A stretch of 38,684 nt of DNA from a virus (lineage: Duplodnaviria > Caudoviricetes), in IMG/VR virus record IMGVR_UViG_3300031965_000086, positions 1 to 38,684 of that record; one strand, written 5' to 3'. The notes under the pieces are model-generated. The model was given only the letters and a program-made list of their open reading frames with translations, was not told where the DNA came from and searched no databases. Below, piece after piece: positions 9,340 through 19,426 of this stretch; position 1 is the stretch's first letter, and the number at the start of each line of letters is the position of its first letter. The translations under genes were made by a program, and so were the position numbers.

Positions 9340-9738
9340 ATGGCAGACAAGGCAAAATCCCTTACAATTAAACAACTTCAAAAGAAAAACTACGGTTGCA
9401 CTGACAAAGTTATCTCGGATCTCAAGTATGGGTTGATGCGAGATTTCACAGTTATGGAGGCCTGCACCTATGCCAGAATTAATCCGGACACTTATTATAG
9501 GTGGGTAAAGGAATCCGATGATTTCGCTGAAGAGATGGTAATAGCCCAGCAACACATGAGCAATCTAGCTAAAAAGGTTATCATGGACACCCTAGAAGAT
9601 GGGGATAAAGACAGTGCTAAGTGGTGGTTAGAGAGACGTAGAAAAGAGAATTATGCACTAAGGCAAGAAACACAGCATTCAGGTATTATTAAAACAGATT
9701 CTAAGGTTACTTTCGTTGATGGAACTGAAAGTTCTTAA
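9340..9738 (+). CDS. terS: Terminase small subunit
   Basis: HTH (EACTYARINPDTYYRW) and AKWWLERR; directly upstream of TerL. Confidence 0.82.
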   Translation: MADKAKSLTIKQLQKKNYGCTDKVISDLKYGLMRDFTVMEACTYARINPDTYYRWVKESDDFAEEMVIAQQHMSNLAKKVIMDTLEDGDKDSAKWWLERRRKENYALRQETQHSGIIKTDSKVTFVDGTESS

Positions 9739-10954
9739 ACCATATAAGCCCCTATTTTTTACAGACAAACGTTATGTACTTTTATATGGTGGTCGTGGTG
9801 GTGGCAGATCTTACGCAGCGGCTCAAAAGGTACTTTTAGATACTAAGCATTCCCCATATTCCAGAGTTGCATTAATGCGCTATATCCTAGGTGATGTTAG
9901 ATCTTCTATATGGCAGGAATTCAAAGATAAGTTAGACCTCACAGACTTGCCAGAAGTAACAAGCGACCAGGCGATGCATTATGAATATCAAGGTAACGTT
10001 GTAGACGGTAAAGGCTTTAAAAAATCCACATCTCAAAATATTGCCAAGCTTAAATCATTAGCTGGTTATAACTGTATAATTATAGAGGAGGCAGACGAAG
10101 TGCTAGAAGAGGATTTCGATAATTTGGACGCTTCAATTAGAACAAAGCTGGGTAATAATATAATCATACTCATGTTTAATATGCCAGAAGCTAAACACTG
10201 GATTATCAAACGCTGGTTCAATCTAATAGAATCAGAACACGAGGGTTACTTCCACGCGCAGCCAAAGCAACTAAGTGATACAGAATACATATATGCTACT
10301 TATGAGAATAATATAGCGAACCTGACTGAATCCTCAATTAACACGTTTGAATCCTTCAAAGATAAAAATCCAGAGTATTATTACACCATGATTAAGGGGC
10401 TTGTATCGGAAGGTAAGAAAGGCCGTGTATTTAAAGACTGGAAGGCTATCAGCCGCTCAGAGTATGAGGCCTTAGACTATAACGAATACTTTGGCTTAGA
10501 CTTTGGGTTTAGTAACCACCCTACAGCCTTGGTCGGCATGAAGTATCACAATGATAATGTTTATTTCAAAGAGTACTTATATAAACCAGGTCTGACCAAT
10601 CCAGATATTGCCAAGGAAATCCAAACCCTAGACATTGAAAATAGAATTATCGCGGACTCGGCAGAACCTAAGTCAATTGAAGAGTTGATCCGTTTGGGCT
10701 TGGATGTTGAAGGCGCGAACAAGGGAGCTGATTCAGTTAGGGCTGGGATAGATCTTCTTAACTCTAAGAAAGTGCACTATGTGGAAGGTGACGAAAACAT
10801 GGCCACAGAACTTATCAATTATATTTATCGTCTAGATAAATTTAAACAGCCCACAAACGAGCCGATAGATGATTTTAACCATTTAATGGACGCTTGTAGG
10901 TACGTATCATCTAAATATCTACAGCAAGCTGAGGTCAAACTAACGTGGTTATAA
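9716..10954 (+). CDS. terL: Terminase large subunit, PBSX/SPP1-like
   Basis: YGGRGGGRS, KLKS, IIEEA, GLDFGFSNHP, ADSAEP, DDFNHLMDACRY. Confidence 0.95.
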   Translation: MMELKVLKPYKPLFFTDKRYVLLYGGRGGGRSYAAAQKVLLDTKHSPYSRVALMRYILGDVRSSIWQEFKDKLDLTDLPEVTSDQAMHYEYQGNVVDGKGFKKSTSQNIAKLKSLAGYNCIIIEEADEVLEEDFDNLDASIRTKLGNNIIILMFNMPEAKHWIIKRWFNLIESEHEGYFHAQPKQLSDTEYIYATYENNIANLTESSINTFESFKDKNPEYYYTMIKGLVSEGKKGRVFKDWKAISRSEYEALDYNEYFGLDFGFSNHPTALVGMKYHNDNVYFKEYLYKPGLTNPDIAKEIQTLDIENRIIADSAEPKSIEELIRLGLDVEGANKGADSVRAGIDLLNSKKVHYVEGDENMATELINYIYRLDKFKQPTNEPIDDFNHLMDACRYVSSKYLQQAEVKLTWL

Positions 10955-11034
10955 TGGGCAAGTTCCAAAAGTTGTAATTATGTGTATAATAAACAAATGC
11001 TAGACTTCTTAATTACATCAATACAACGCCACAT

Positions 11035-13371
11035 ATGGGACTTATCGATAGACTTTTCAGGACTGCTGGCAGTGAGCCGGCGTTTACTACAGCCACTAAA
11101 GAGCCAGGGTTTGCTGTTACACAGTTCACACCAAATAACCCATTCACCAACTTAATAGCACAAGAAGATAATTACTTCGATCAATATATTCTGTATTCGT
11201 CTAAGGCGATAGATTATATATCTAACAAATTAGCTTCGAGTGATATTTTTTTGGCGGATAATGAAGAGAAGATATTGGTTGATAATGAGCTGTGGGATGA
11301 TTTGCAGGCGTTCAATCCGTACATGACGCTATGGGAAGCTAGGAAATTAAAAGAGGTGCATAAATTTATAACGGGTGCTGCTTATTGGTTTATAGATAGA
11401 AAACCAGGACCAGGTTATAAAGTAGCCTTCTACCCACTAGACCCAACTAAGATGCAAATTAAAACTGATAGCAATGGGCTGCCCAGTTACTACCAATATA
11501 CAGACGCAAGGGGGAAAACAGTACAACTAGATCCAGCCGATGTTATTTACTTCAGACGTACCGATCCTAAGAACTGGTTCCAAGGTCAAAGTATATTTAA
11601 AGAATTAAACTTCTGGACAAACGCCTACGCTGCTGGAGCTCAATATAACATGAATAAGCTAGGTAATAGCTCCAACGTAGATAAGTTTTTAATTTTTGAG
11701 GGCATTTCAGATAAAAACAGAATAGAGCTAGAAGAGCGCCTATTAAATAAATACAATGGTCCTAGAAACGCGGGCAGAACAGGTGTATTATCAAGTAAGC
11801 TTGATGTTGTAGATTTGGCCCCCAACCAAAAAGATTTAGACTACGTAGCTGGCATGAAAATGCTTAGACAAGACATCTTAGCCGGCTTTGGTATTCCAGA
11901 AGCTTTATTTTTCCCAAGCGCTACTAATTCAAATAGTAAAGAAGCCGCAAGATTATTCCAATCAGATACACTAGAGCCGCTTATGCAGCAAGAAAAATCT
12001 GCGCTTAACGAACAAGTAATACCTAAATACGGGTCATCTAGAGCTAAGGAGGGCGATGTGCACTTTGGGTTTTACCCGGTTGTTGATCAAGATAAAACAG
12101 AGCTTGTATCCCAGGCCAAAGAGCTTGCGGAAATTGGCGTGCTTACTAGAAACCAAGTGCTTGAGTATGTAGGCATGGAACCTATAGAGGGTGCGGCGGG
12201 TGATGAATATATCAATAACGCAGTTCAAAATGAACGTATAGAAGCGGCCGATCAGGAAATTAAAGAACTTAAAACCAAATCGGCCAAATTCTCTGAGGCT
12301 TTAAACACGCTAATTGAAAAACAAGAAGATGCAGAATTCTTTGAAAAGAACATAAGACTAATAGAAAGCCAAGAAGGTTTAATGCACCAAAGTGCAGAAG
12401 TTCTATTTAGAGAGCAATTCTCAGAAACTGTTAAATATTTAAACTCCACCGACAAGCCAAGCGTGCGCAAAATATTTGATATAGAAATACAAAAACAAAA
12501 TACTATTAGTACCTTTAAGGAAACATATGGCGGTGTTATCGGCAATTCAAATGATGTAGCGAACGTAGAAATCAAGCAAAAGTTATTTGCTAAAAAGTCT
12601 AATAAGGCACTTGAGCATAGGCATAAATCATTGAGTGGCACAGCTGCTGATACTTTAGCCGAACATATTAATTATTTTGCGGGTGAGCTTACAGAAGTAA
12701 CAGCAAAAAAGCTAAGGACTATATTAGCCGAAGGTATCAAGAAGGGCTTTGATAAAAGCGAACTTATAGCGGATATACAAGATGTTTTTAACGGCTATGT
12801 TGATGGATCTAAAAATATGGAACTACTTAAGAGCCTGGGTGTTTACATACCAGACATGCAGTTTGATGCTGGCGAATTTATATTTGCTACAGGCAATAGA
12901 TATAAGCAGATATTGGATAACATTAATGAGTTACGCACCAATGGTACTATTGACGCTACACAGTCGAGTAACGCACTTAAGGCACTAAGAGGGCTGATAT
13001 CGCCAACTGACCCGACAGGCGTCGAGGTAGATAACCTGCTTACAAATGTATATAAGGTTAACAAAAACGAAGGGATCAGTTATGCTAGAGCGGTAACCAT
13101 TGCTAGAACAGAATCAACTTACGCTAGGAACCTAGGCTTTGAAGATACATATAAAGACAACCCTTTTATAGTTGGTAAAAAATGGCGTTCACTACATGAT
13201 AAAGATACTAGAAGCGCACATGCTAATGCAGATGGGCAAGTTGTGCCAATTGGTGATAGCTTTACAGTTGGTGGTGAGCAACTAGATTTCCCGTGCGATG
13301 GCTCTAAGGGAGCTAGCGCTGAGAACATAGTCAACTGCAGATGTAGGATTACCGCCGAAGTAACTGATTAA
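11035..13371 (+). CDS. Portal protein fused to a MuF/SPP1-gp7-like minor head domain
   Basis: N-terminal HK97-like portal (NPYMT, GAAYW, ILAGFGIP); C-terminal IARTES...KKW...DTRSAH..ADGQ...NCRC. Confidence 0.9.
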   Translation: MGLIDRLFRTAGSEPAFTTATKEPGFAVTQFTPNNPFTNLIAQEDNYFDQYILYSSKAIDYISNKLASSDIFLADNEEKILVDNELWDDLQAFNPYMTLWEARKLKEVHKFITGAAYWFIDRKPGPGYKVAFYPLDPTKMQIKTDSNGLPSYYQYTDARGKTVQLDPADVIYFRRTDPKNWFQGQSIFKELNFWTNAYAAGAQYNMNKLGNSSNVDKFLIFEGISDKNRIELEERLLNKYNGPRNAGRTGVLSSKLDVVDLAPNQKDLDYVAGMKMLRQDILAGFGIPEALFFPSATNSNSKEAARLFQSDTLEPLMQQEKSALNEQVIPKYGSSRAKEGDVHFGFYPVVDQDKTELVSQAKELAEIGVLTRNQVLEYVGMEPIEGAAGDEYINNAVQNERIEAADQEIKELKTKSAKFSEALNTLIEKQEDAEFFEKNIRLIESQEGLMHQSAEVLFREQFSETVKYLNSTDKPSVRKIFDIEIQKQNTISTFKETYGGVIGNSNDVANVEIKQKLFAKKSNKALEHRHKSLSGTAADTLAEHINYFAGELTEVTAKKLRTILAEGIKKGFDKSELIADIQDVFNGYVDGSKNMELLKSLGVYIPDMQFDAGEFIFATGNRYKQILDNINELRTNGTIDATQSSNALKALRGLISPTDPTGVEVDNLLTNVYKVNKNEGISYARAVTIARTESTYARNLGFEDTYKDNPFIVGKKWRSLHDKDTRSAHANADGQVVPIGDSFTVGGEQLDFPCDGSKGASAENIVNCRCRITAEVTD

Positions 13372-13394
13372 TTATAATTTATTAAGTCTTAAAC

Positions 13395-14237
13395 ATGTCT
13401 AAAGAAAAAGAAATAACGCTAGCTGAAAAATTTGCAAAATTTAAAGAGCACGGAGGTTCAGCCCCTGTGGTATATAAAAGCTTATCTGTTCGTGTTAACG
13501 ATAACGAAAAGGAAGTGGCGCTTAGTGTGCAAGAAGTAGACCGTGATGGTGAAACTGTTCTGATGGATGGTATGCGGCTTCCAGACCATATCAAAGAAAA
13601 TGGAATCCCTATGATTGATTCGCATAACTCTAGAGATAGCGTTGTAACTAACGGGCTTGGCGCTTTTAGGAATCCTAGGATCGGTATGGTAAACGGTAAA
13701 CAAGCGTTGATTGTAGATCCAGACTTTGCACCAACACCAAACGGGCTCAATGCCAAAATACTTTATTTAGGAGTTGATGGTGGCAAGCCATACTTCACCA
13801 ATGTTTCTATGGGCTTTGCTGTTTATGATTATGACAATAATACTGGAGAGATTAAAGAGTGGGAGCCATTTGAAGGTTCACTTGTAACAGTAGGAGCTAA
13901 TATGAGTGCAAGATTTGTAGATAAGTCTATTGCAGACGATACAACTATTGCCAAAAACCTTGCTAGGTTCCAGCAAATTAAAGACCCGTTCAAAGAATTT
14001 ACAAAGTTGTTTTTAGATGATGCTTTTTGCGTTGCAATTGGCTATGAGAAGGACGGTGACTTGCTAGTAGACATTAATGGCGTTTATGATACACTTAATA
14101 AACACGTCCAACAAGCCCAGGAAGCCCCTGAGCCACAGGAAGCCCCTACAGTACGTAAAGTGTCAAACAAAGCCGCTAAGGCCCAGATAGACTCATTTTT
14201 CCAAACGCTAGAAGATAAACTAAAAGAAATTACTTAA
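13395..14237 (+). CDS. HK97-family prohead protease
   Basis: VDRDGE, DSHN, VSMGF, EGSLVTVGAN. Confidence 0.88.
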   Translation: MSKEKEITLAEKFAKFKEHGGSAPVVYKSLSVRVNDNEKEVALSVQEVDRDGETVLMDGMRLPDHIKENGIPMIDSHNSRDSVVTNGLGAFRNPRIGMVNGKQALIVDPDFAPTPNGLNAKILYLGVDGGKPYFTNVSMGFAVYDYDNNTGEIKEWEPFEGSLVTVGANMSARFVDKSIADDTTIAKNLARFQQIKDPFKEFTKLFLDDAFCVAIGYEKDGDLLVDINGVYDTLNKHVQQAQEAPEPQEAPTVRKVSNKAAKAQIDSFFQTLEDKLKEIT

Positions 14238-14256
14238 TTTAAAGATCATTACTAAT

Positions 14257-15507
14257 ATGGCAAACGATAAAGAATTAGAAGCACAAGAAGCTGCAAAAGC
14301 AGCGGACGCCGCTTCTACTACAGAAGTATCTGTAGAATTAACAAAAGAAATGGTAGAAAAGTTCGAAGAATACTCTGCGAAAGTAGACGAAAAAATCGAC
14401 TCTATCAAAAAGAACTTTGCTTTCCACGGTTCAGAAAGTGAAGAAGGCAAAATAGAATTAACTAAAGCACAAAAGGCAAAGGAAGCCGTAGAGTTTGTTA
14501 AGGCTGTACAAGGTGACAATAAAGAGGTTGCAACTAAATACAGCGACGAACGTGCTAAAGCACTTGGCTGGTCTGAACGCGAAAAAGCAATCAGTATCGG
14601 CGGATCTGCAGGTTCTGAATACTTGGTACCTACTGTTTTCGAAACAGAAATCCTAGCTACATTTGATAGCTATGATGGAATTATTTCATTAGCAGATGTA
14701 CAAACATTCAACCGCCCAGGTCATGTGTTCAATATGAATGAGTTAGACACTCGTGTTGTAGCTTGGTTTGTAGACGAAGATGGAACAGGACTTACTGGTT
14801 CACAACCTACATTCTCAGAACCACAAATCGCTATTGCTGACTTGATGGGATCTACTGATATCACTTTGGACTTCATGGAAGACACAGAAGTGGATATTAT
14901 GTCTAACCTATCTAGACAGTATGCGGAAGAGTTCGCTAAAAAGATTGAAGCTCGTATTGTAGATGGCGATGTAACAGTATCCGGAGTAATTACTAAGGGT
15001 ATTTTCAACACAGCTGGCGCAAACGAAATTCTTATTGCAACTACAACTACTGGTTACTCTGGAGTTGATGCAAACGATGTTGAAAACGCTTACTTTAGCG
15101 CAATCAATATTGATCACCTCCAAGACACTAATAAGAACGGTTCATGGATTATGAGCGCACTAACACTACAAAAACTACGTGCAAACATTCGTGCTGCATC
15201 TGGTGATAACGATACTATCTCAGTATTCGACCCAGCTAAGATGACACTGTTAGGCCGTCCTGTAGTATTGACAAACCAAGCACCTACACCTGCAACTACA
15301 ACCTCTAACCCGTTCATTGTATACGGTGATTTGAGGACTCACTTGAAGGTACGTAGAAAAGCTGGCTTGACTATGAAGCTTAATGACATGGGTACCTCTC
15401 GTTCAGGTCGAAACCTAAACTGGCAGCCAGGTCGTGAGTTAGTAGTAAGACAAAGAATTGGACATCAAGTTGTATTAGTTGAAGGACTAACACGTATCGC
15501 TACTTAA
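14257..15507 (+). CDS. HK97-fold major capsid protein
   Basis: N-terminal coiled-coil delta domain, YLVPT, WFVDE, WIMS, TLLGRPV, YGDL. Confidence 0.92.
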   Translation: MANDKELEAQEAAKAADAASTTEVSVELTKEMVEKFEEYSAKVDEKIDSIKKNFAFHGSESEEGKIELTKAQKAKEAVEFVKAVQGDNKEVATKYSDERAKALGWSEREKAISIGGSAGSEYLVPTVFETEILATFDSYDGIISLADVQTFNRPGHVFNMNELDTRVVAWFVDEDGTGLTGSQPTFSEPQIAIADLMGSTDITLDFMEDTEVDIMSNLSRQYAEEFAKKIEARIVDGDVTVSGVITKGIFNTAGANEILIATTTTGYSGVDANDVENAYFSAINIDHLQDTNKNGSWIMSALTLQKLRANIRAASGDNDTISVFDPAKMTLLGRPVVLTNQAPTPATTTSNPFIVYGDLRTHLKVRRKAGLTMKLNDMGTSRSGRNLNWQPGRELVVRQRIGHQVVLVEGLTRIAT

Positions 15508-15536
15508 ATTAGCGCTTGATTTTATAGGTTAGAAAA

Positions 15537-15564
15537 TAGGGCGGGTGATTTAAAGCCCGCCCTA
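15537..15564. terminator. Hairpin after the capsid gene
   Basis: TAGGGCGGG-N10-CCCGCCCTA; no U-tract on the + strand. Confidence 0.5.
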
Positions 15565-15572
15565 AAACAAAA

Positions 15573-15716
15573 ATGATGGTATACAAAGTTATAAAAGCAA
15601 TAGAATACAAAGGTAAAACTTATTTGCCTGGTTCTTTAATTAAATTAAACAAAGACGAAGTAGCGCTCTACAAAGAAAAAGTTAAATTAGCTACTTATGT
15701 TACTAAACAAAAATAA
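15573..15716 (+). CDS. Small head-associated protein (47 aa)
   Basis: MMVYKVIKAIEYKGKTYLPGSLIKL...; TAATG overlap with the next gene. Confidence 0.7.
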   Translation: MMVYKVIKAIEYKGKTYLPGSLIKLNKDEVALYKEKVKLATYVTKQK

Positions 15717-16345
15717 TGGCCGCCCTAGTTACTCTCGAATCAGTTAAGGAATATTTGCAAATCACTGGCACTACGAGTGATGCGTTGATAGGTGTTTACA
15801 TTGATATTGTTGAATCAGAGCTAGATGCAGTATTAGATCGAAACCTCGCACAAAACACCTATACAGAAGTTGTTAATTATCTACAGTCTACTTTTGATCA
15901 AACTGGTTATTCGCAACTTGACGCTAGACAACCATCGCCGAAGTTGTTTCTAGACAACGTGCCAGTTGTTACTATTACATCCATTGTTAGCGCGGACATC
16001 ACAGTAACATCTACAGCTTATTCGGTTGACAGTGAAAATGGTGTGCTGTCTACTACAAGTCAACTAGACGAACCTACTGTTACTTACGTTGCTGGATATA
16101 CTACAGGTACGCTACCTAACGCGCTTGGCGGGGTTATAAAAATGGGCGTTGCTAATCTATTCAATAATAATACGGCTGCAAGTTCTGGCAGTGGTAATGT
16201 TAAATCTAAGACAATAAAAGATTTTAGCGTGAGTTACGGCAATGAACAAAATTCACTAATTGTTAGTGGTGGTGGTGGTTTAACCAAAACATATTTGTCC
16301 GCAAACGCGCCAATCTTGAACCGTTATAAAAGAGTTAGAATATGA
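15716..16345 (+). CDS. Head-tail connector/adaptor
   Basis: LVTLESVKEYL, VTYVAGY..LP, S.TI.DFSVSY; position. Confidence 0.85.
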   Translation: MAALVTLESVKEYLQITGTTSDALIGVYIDIVESELDAVLDRNLAQNTYTEVVNYLQSTFDQTGYSQLDARQPSPKLFLDNVPVVTITSIVSADITVTSTAYSVDSENGVLSTTSQLDEPTVTYVAGYTTGTLPNALGGVIKMGVANLFNNNTAASSGSGNVKSKTIKDFSVSYGNEQNSLIVSGGGGLTKTYLSANAPILNRYKRVRI

Positions 16346-16662
16346 GCACGATACATACATTCTTTAATATCACAGCGACCAATACTAGAAAAACCACAGC
16401 TACACCTACCAGTAGCGACTCAGTAGTTACCGTTAGTAGCTTCTCAGGCGTTATCCGCCCTGTAACAGAAGTTGCTAAGTTGTTTAATGAAAATAATATA
16501 GGCAATGAGTTTGATTTAGTTGCTGATGACAGCGATAATGTAGCAGTTGGAGACAGCATAATTATTGGCTCTAATACATATAGTACGCTTGGGGTTGCAA
16601 ATTTTGAAGATCTTGAAGATGGTTCTGACAGCTATTTAAATATTAGGGTGGTAAGGCAATGA
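16342..16662 (+). CDS. Head closure protein (putative)
   Basis: Position, size, GD.I motif. Confidence 0.65.
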   Translation: MSTIHTFFNITATNTRKTTATPTSSDSVVTVSSFSGVIRPVTEVAKLFNENNIGNEFDLVADDSDNVAVGDSIIIGSNTYSTLGVANFEDLEDGSDSYLNIRVVRQ

Positions 16663-17096
16663 GCGAGATCGTGGCAACAATCAGCTTAAGTAAGCTACTT
16701 GATAAGCCGGGCACCACTAGGCAGCTAGTAGATGCGGCGATTGCGGCGTCTACTGAACTTGTTGTTTCAGAATATGTAAAAGAGGCACCTGGTAATATCG
16801 GGGACTTTAAGGCAGGCATAGAATCTAAAAAGATAGCACCTTTAGAATATGTAGTTAGAAGCACAGCCAGAGATAGAGGTGAAAACTATCCGATGTACTT
16901 ATACACAGGTACTGGTAAACTAAGGGGAGCCGCTGATTATGGGTACACATCGGGACGTGTTAGAAATAATGACGTAGCTTTTGGTATTGGTGGTATTAGA
17001 CCTAATAAGGCAGCTAAAAGGGCTAAGGAAAACGTAGAGCTTAAATTCATGCGTAAGGTTAAACTACTTACAAGCAGGGCAATTAAAAATAAATGA
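16659..17096 (+). CDS. Neck/tail completion protein (HK97 gp10-like)
   Basis: AP...G.F...I, Y..GTG; position. Confidence 0.7.
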   Translation: MSEIVATISLSKLLDKPGTTRQLVDAAIAASTELVVSEYVKEAPGNIGDFKAGIESKKIAPLEYVVRSTARDRGENYPMYLYTGTGKLRGAADYGYTSGRVRNNDVAFGIGGIRPNKAAKRAKENVELKFMRKVKLLTSRAIKNK

Positions 17097-17578
17097 CAGG
17101 ACAACTAATCCACGATAAACTAATAACAGACTTCAAAACATTTGATTTTGAAGGTGGTAATACAATGTTTAATAATGTAGAAAAGTTCTATGCTGGTTCA
17201 ACTATGGGAGCATTAGACTGTCTGATTGTTCCTGATAGTAACCTAGAAAGCGTAGAGGGCGGTTCTGCTGGTAACACGCAGACTACTAGGGAATATGCTT
17301 TTAGAGCTGTAGTTATTGAGGTATTAGAAGAGACTGACAGCAAAGCGGAAGGTAGTTTAAAATATTCAAGGCTTATGAACGTGACCGACGCTATCCTTAA
17401 CTATGTACAAAAAGAGCCCTCTAATCTTAGGGCTTGGGGTTTAACTAATGACATACTGATATTTAAAACCAGGATAAGAAACGTTAGGTATGACACTGTA
17501 AAAACTAAAAGCGGTTATGCTGTACTTTTAGAAGTAATATTTGGCGTATATCTAAATGTGGTACCACAGAATTTATAA
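17093..17578 (+). CDS. Tail terminator (putative)
   Basis: Position before the major tail gene. Confidence 0.6.
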   Translation: MTGQLIHDKLITDFKTFDFEGGNTMFNNVEKFYAGSTMGALDCLIVPDSNLESVEGGSAGNTQTTREYAFRAVVIEVLEETDSKAEGSLKYSRLMNVTDAILNYVQKEPSNLRAWGLTNDILIFKTRIRNVRYDTVKTKSGYAVLLEVIFGVYLNVVPQNL

Positions 17579-17580
17579 AT

Positions 17581-17721
17581 ATGAAACAAGATAAAACAAC
17601 TAAAACTAATAAACCACTGATAAGCTTTTCCTTTTATTATAAAGGTAGAGAGTATGTTATACATGCAGTTAGTGGGAATGAGGCTAGAAACTTATTTAAT
17701 AAATTAATTAAAACAACATGA
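17581..17721 (+). CDS. Hypothetical 46-aa protein
   Basis: Fills the gap exactly; ATGA overlap with the tail gene. Confidence 0.6.
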   Translation: MKQDKTTKTNKPLISFSFYYKGREYVIHAVSGNEARNLFNKLIKTT

Positions 17722-18701
17722 ATGGAATAGGCCGACTTAGGACAATGGGCATCGCTGCACAGCCAACCTTTAGCACTCCAGCGCCATCTGCAACTTTCGT
17801 ATTACCGCTTACAAACGCTCCACAATTTAACGCGACCGTACAAAAGGTATTAAATGAAGCTGCACTAGGTAGCGCGTACCAAGTAAACGATATTGAAAAC
17901 ACAGTTAGATTCTCGGAAGTACCACTTGAATTTAAAATTGACGAAGACCAAGTACCTCTACTACTTAAACAACGCTTTGAGATCGCTAGCGTTACTGTAA
18001 CAGGCGAAAGTGCTGTATATCAACATACATTAAGCTACGCTAATGGTACTCAGTCGTGGTATACGCTTTTCTTACAAGATGATAATTTAGAGGACTACTA
18101 CGTGCAAAATGTGTTATTTGATAATCTAGATTTTACTTACGATAATGATTTCGTGCGAGTTTCTGCAGGCGCGATTGGTTCTTATCCAGTAGCTACAACG
18201 GTAACTAACGCAGTAACACAGCCTAAGGAATTTGTAGGCCGTATGGTAAGCTACTTAGATGATGATGTGCCAGGAACTGCAACTGCTACTTCTGTTCTAA
18301 CGCTAAATGCTAATCTAGACTTCGGTATTAATTCAGATGATACAAGGTTCGGTCTCGGATCTGCAGAACTTGCAGCATTAGAGCTTACTGCTGACAAATT
18401 TATGTTTAGTGTAGCTAGGTTAAAGCCTGATATTGGCTACTATGACGACAATACAGATGGCACTACTAAAACTATCGAAATCAATGTAACTGACGTGGAT
18501 AGAGATGTTACAGGTTCCGTTAGCGGTACTAATCCAAGCATTGTTTACACAGTGCCAAGGGCTAAGATAGAAAGCTATACAGAGGAACCAGATCTAAACG
18601 AACTGACTAGAGAGAACTTTGATCTAACAGCGTTAAAACCTGCAGGTGTAAGTAATACACCAATGCAAGTTGTTGTGGTTAACGCTACCGAAAGCTACTA
18701 A
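17718..18701 (+). CDS. Major tail tube protein
   Basis: Position, beta-rich composition, ends VVN...SY. Confidence 0.82.
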   Translation: MNGIGRLRTMGIAAQPTFSTPAPSATFVLPLTNAPQFNATVQKVLNEAALGSAYQVNDIENTVRFSEVPLEFKIDEDQVPLLLKQRFEIASVTVTGESAVYQHTLSYANGTQSWYTLFLQDDNLEDYYVQNVLFDNLDFTYDNDFVRVSAGAIGSYPVATTVTNAVTQPKEFVGRMVSYLDDDVPGTATATSVLTLNANLDFGINSDDTRFGLGSAELAALELTADKFMFSVARLKPDIGYYDDNTDGTTKTIEINVTDVDRDVTGSVSGTNPSIVYTVPRAKIESYTEEPDLNELTRENFDLTALKPAGVSNTPMQVVVVNATESY

Positions 18702-18797
18702 ATTTAATAAAAAGGCTAGAGCACTATAGATAGTGCGGGGCGGTTGTTCTAGCCTTCCGTCCCGCATTATTTGTATTTATTTTTTATATCCAAAACG

Positions 18798-19148
18798 ATG
18801 TATTTTAAAACAAGATTTGAGCTTAAAGCATACGGTGAAGAATTTAATGATTCTTATATTTTGCTGAAATTATTAGACAAGAACCAAGTAGGAAAGTTTA
18901 GTAAAGACCTAGCCAAATTTACAAAGCTTCTAGACGCTGATGATGTAGATAAAACAATCAGCAGCAGTGAGTCTATAATGGATAAAATGTATAGCGTATG
19001 TGCTGACGCTTTTATTAGTGGCGAAATCTTTGATGAAGCGGACGGCAAAATTAGGCCAATACAAAAAGCGGATATAGATAACTTCCCTCCAGCTGTTGTA
19101 AAAGATATGGTGTATGTACTGCAGGGCAATCTCGAAAAAAAAGCCTAA
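18798..19148 (+). CDS. Tail assembly chaperone (G-like)
   Basis: Between tail tube and tape measure; ends in the slippery GAA AAA AAA GCC TAA. Confidence 0.8.
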   Translation: MYFKTRFELKAYGEEFNDSYILLKLLDKNQVGKFSKDLAKFTKLLDADDVDKTISSSESIMDKMYSVCADAFISGEIFDEADGKIRPIQKADIDNFPPAVVKDMVYVLQGNLEKKA

Positions 19149-19426
19149 AGGCTATTAGAGACGCGATTGTCTTAGATTCCCCTGATAGCCTCGAACAAAA
19201 CGAAAAAAATGTTGTAGAATGGGTTAGATACGTAGATGCGATAGGCTATATATCATTTGAAGACTTTTTAAAACAACCTGCAAGATTAGTAGAGGTAGTT
19301 TTCACAATAAGAGCCGCTGAGAACTTAAGGAGTGCTAGAGAACGCCTAAGGGAAACTAAGGACAAAGAAGAGCGCAAGAAGTTAAATGCGTACGTCCGAG
19401 AGGCAGAAGCAATCTTTAGCACATGA
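19136..19426 (+). CDS. -1 frameshift extension of the tail chaperone (T-like)
   Basis: A AAA AAA at 19136-19142; ATG-less -1 frame SLKAIRDAIVLD...EAIFST* is open to a TGA overlapping the tape measure ATG. Confidence 0.85.
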   Translation, partial: KKSLKAIRDAIVLDSPDSLEQNEKNVVEWVRYVDAIGYISFEDFLKQPARLVEVVFTIRAAENLRSARERLRETKDKEERKKLNAYVREAEAIFST

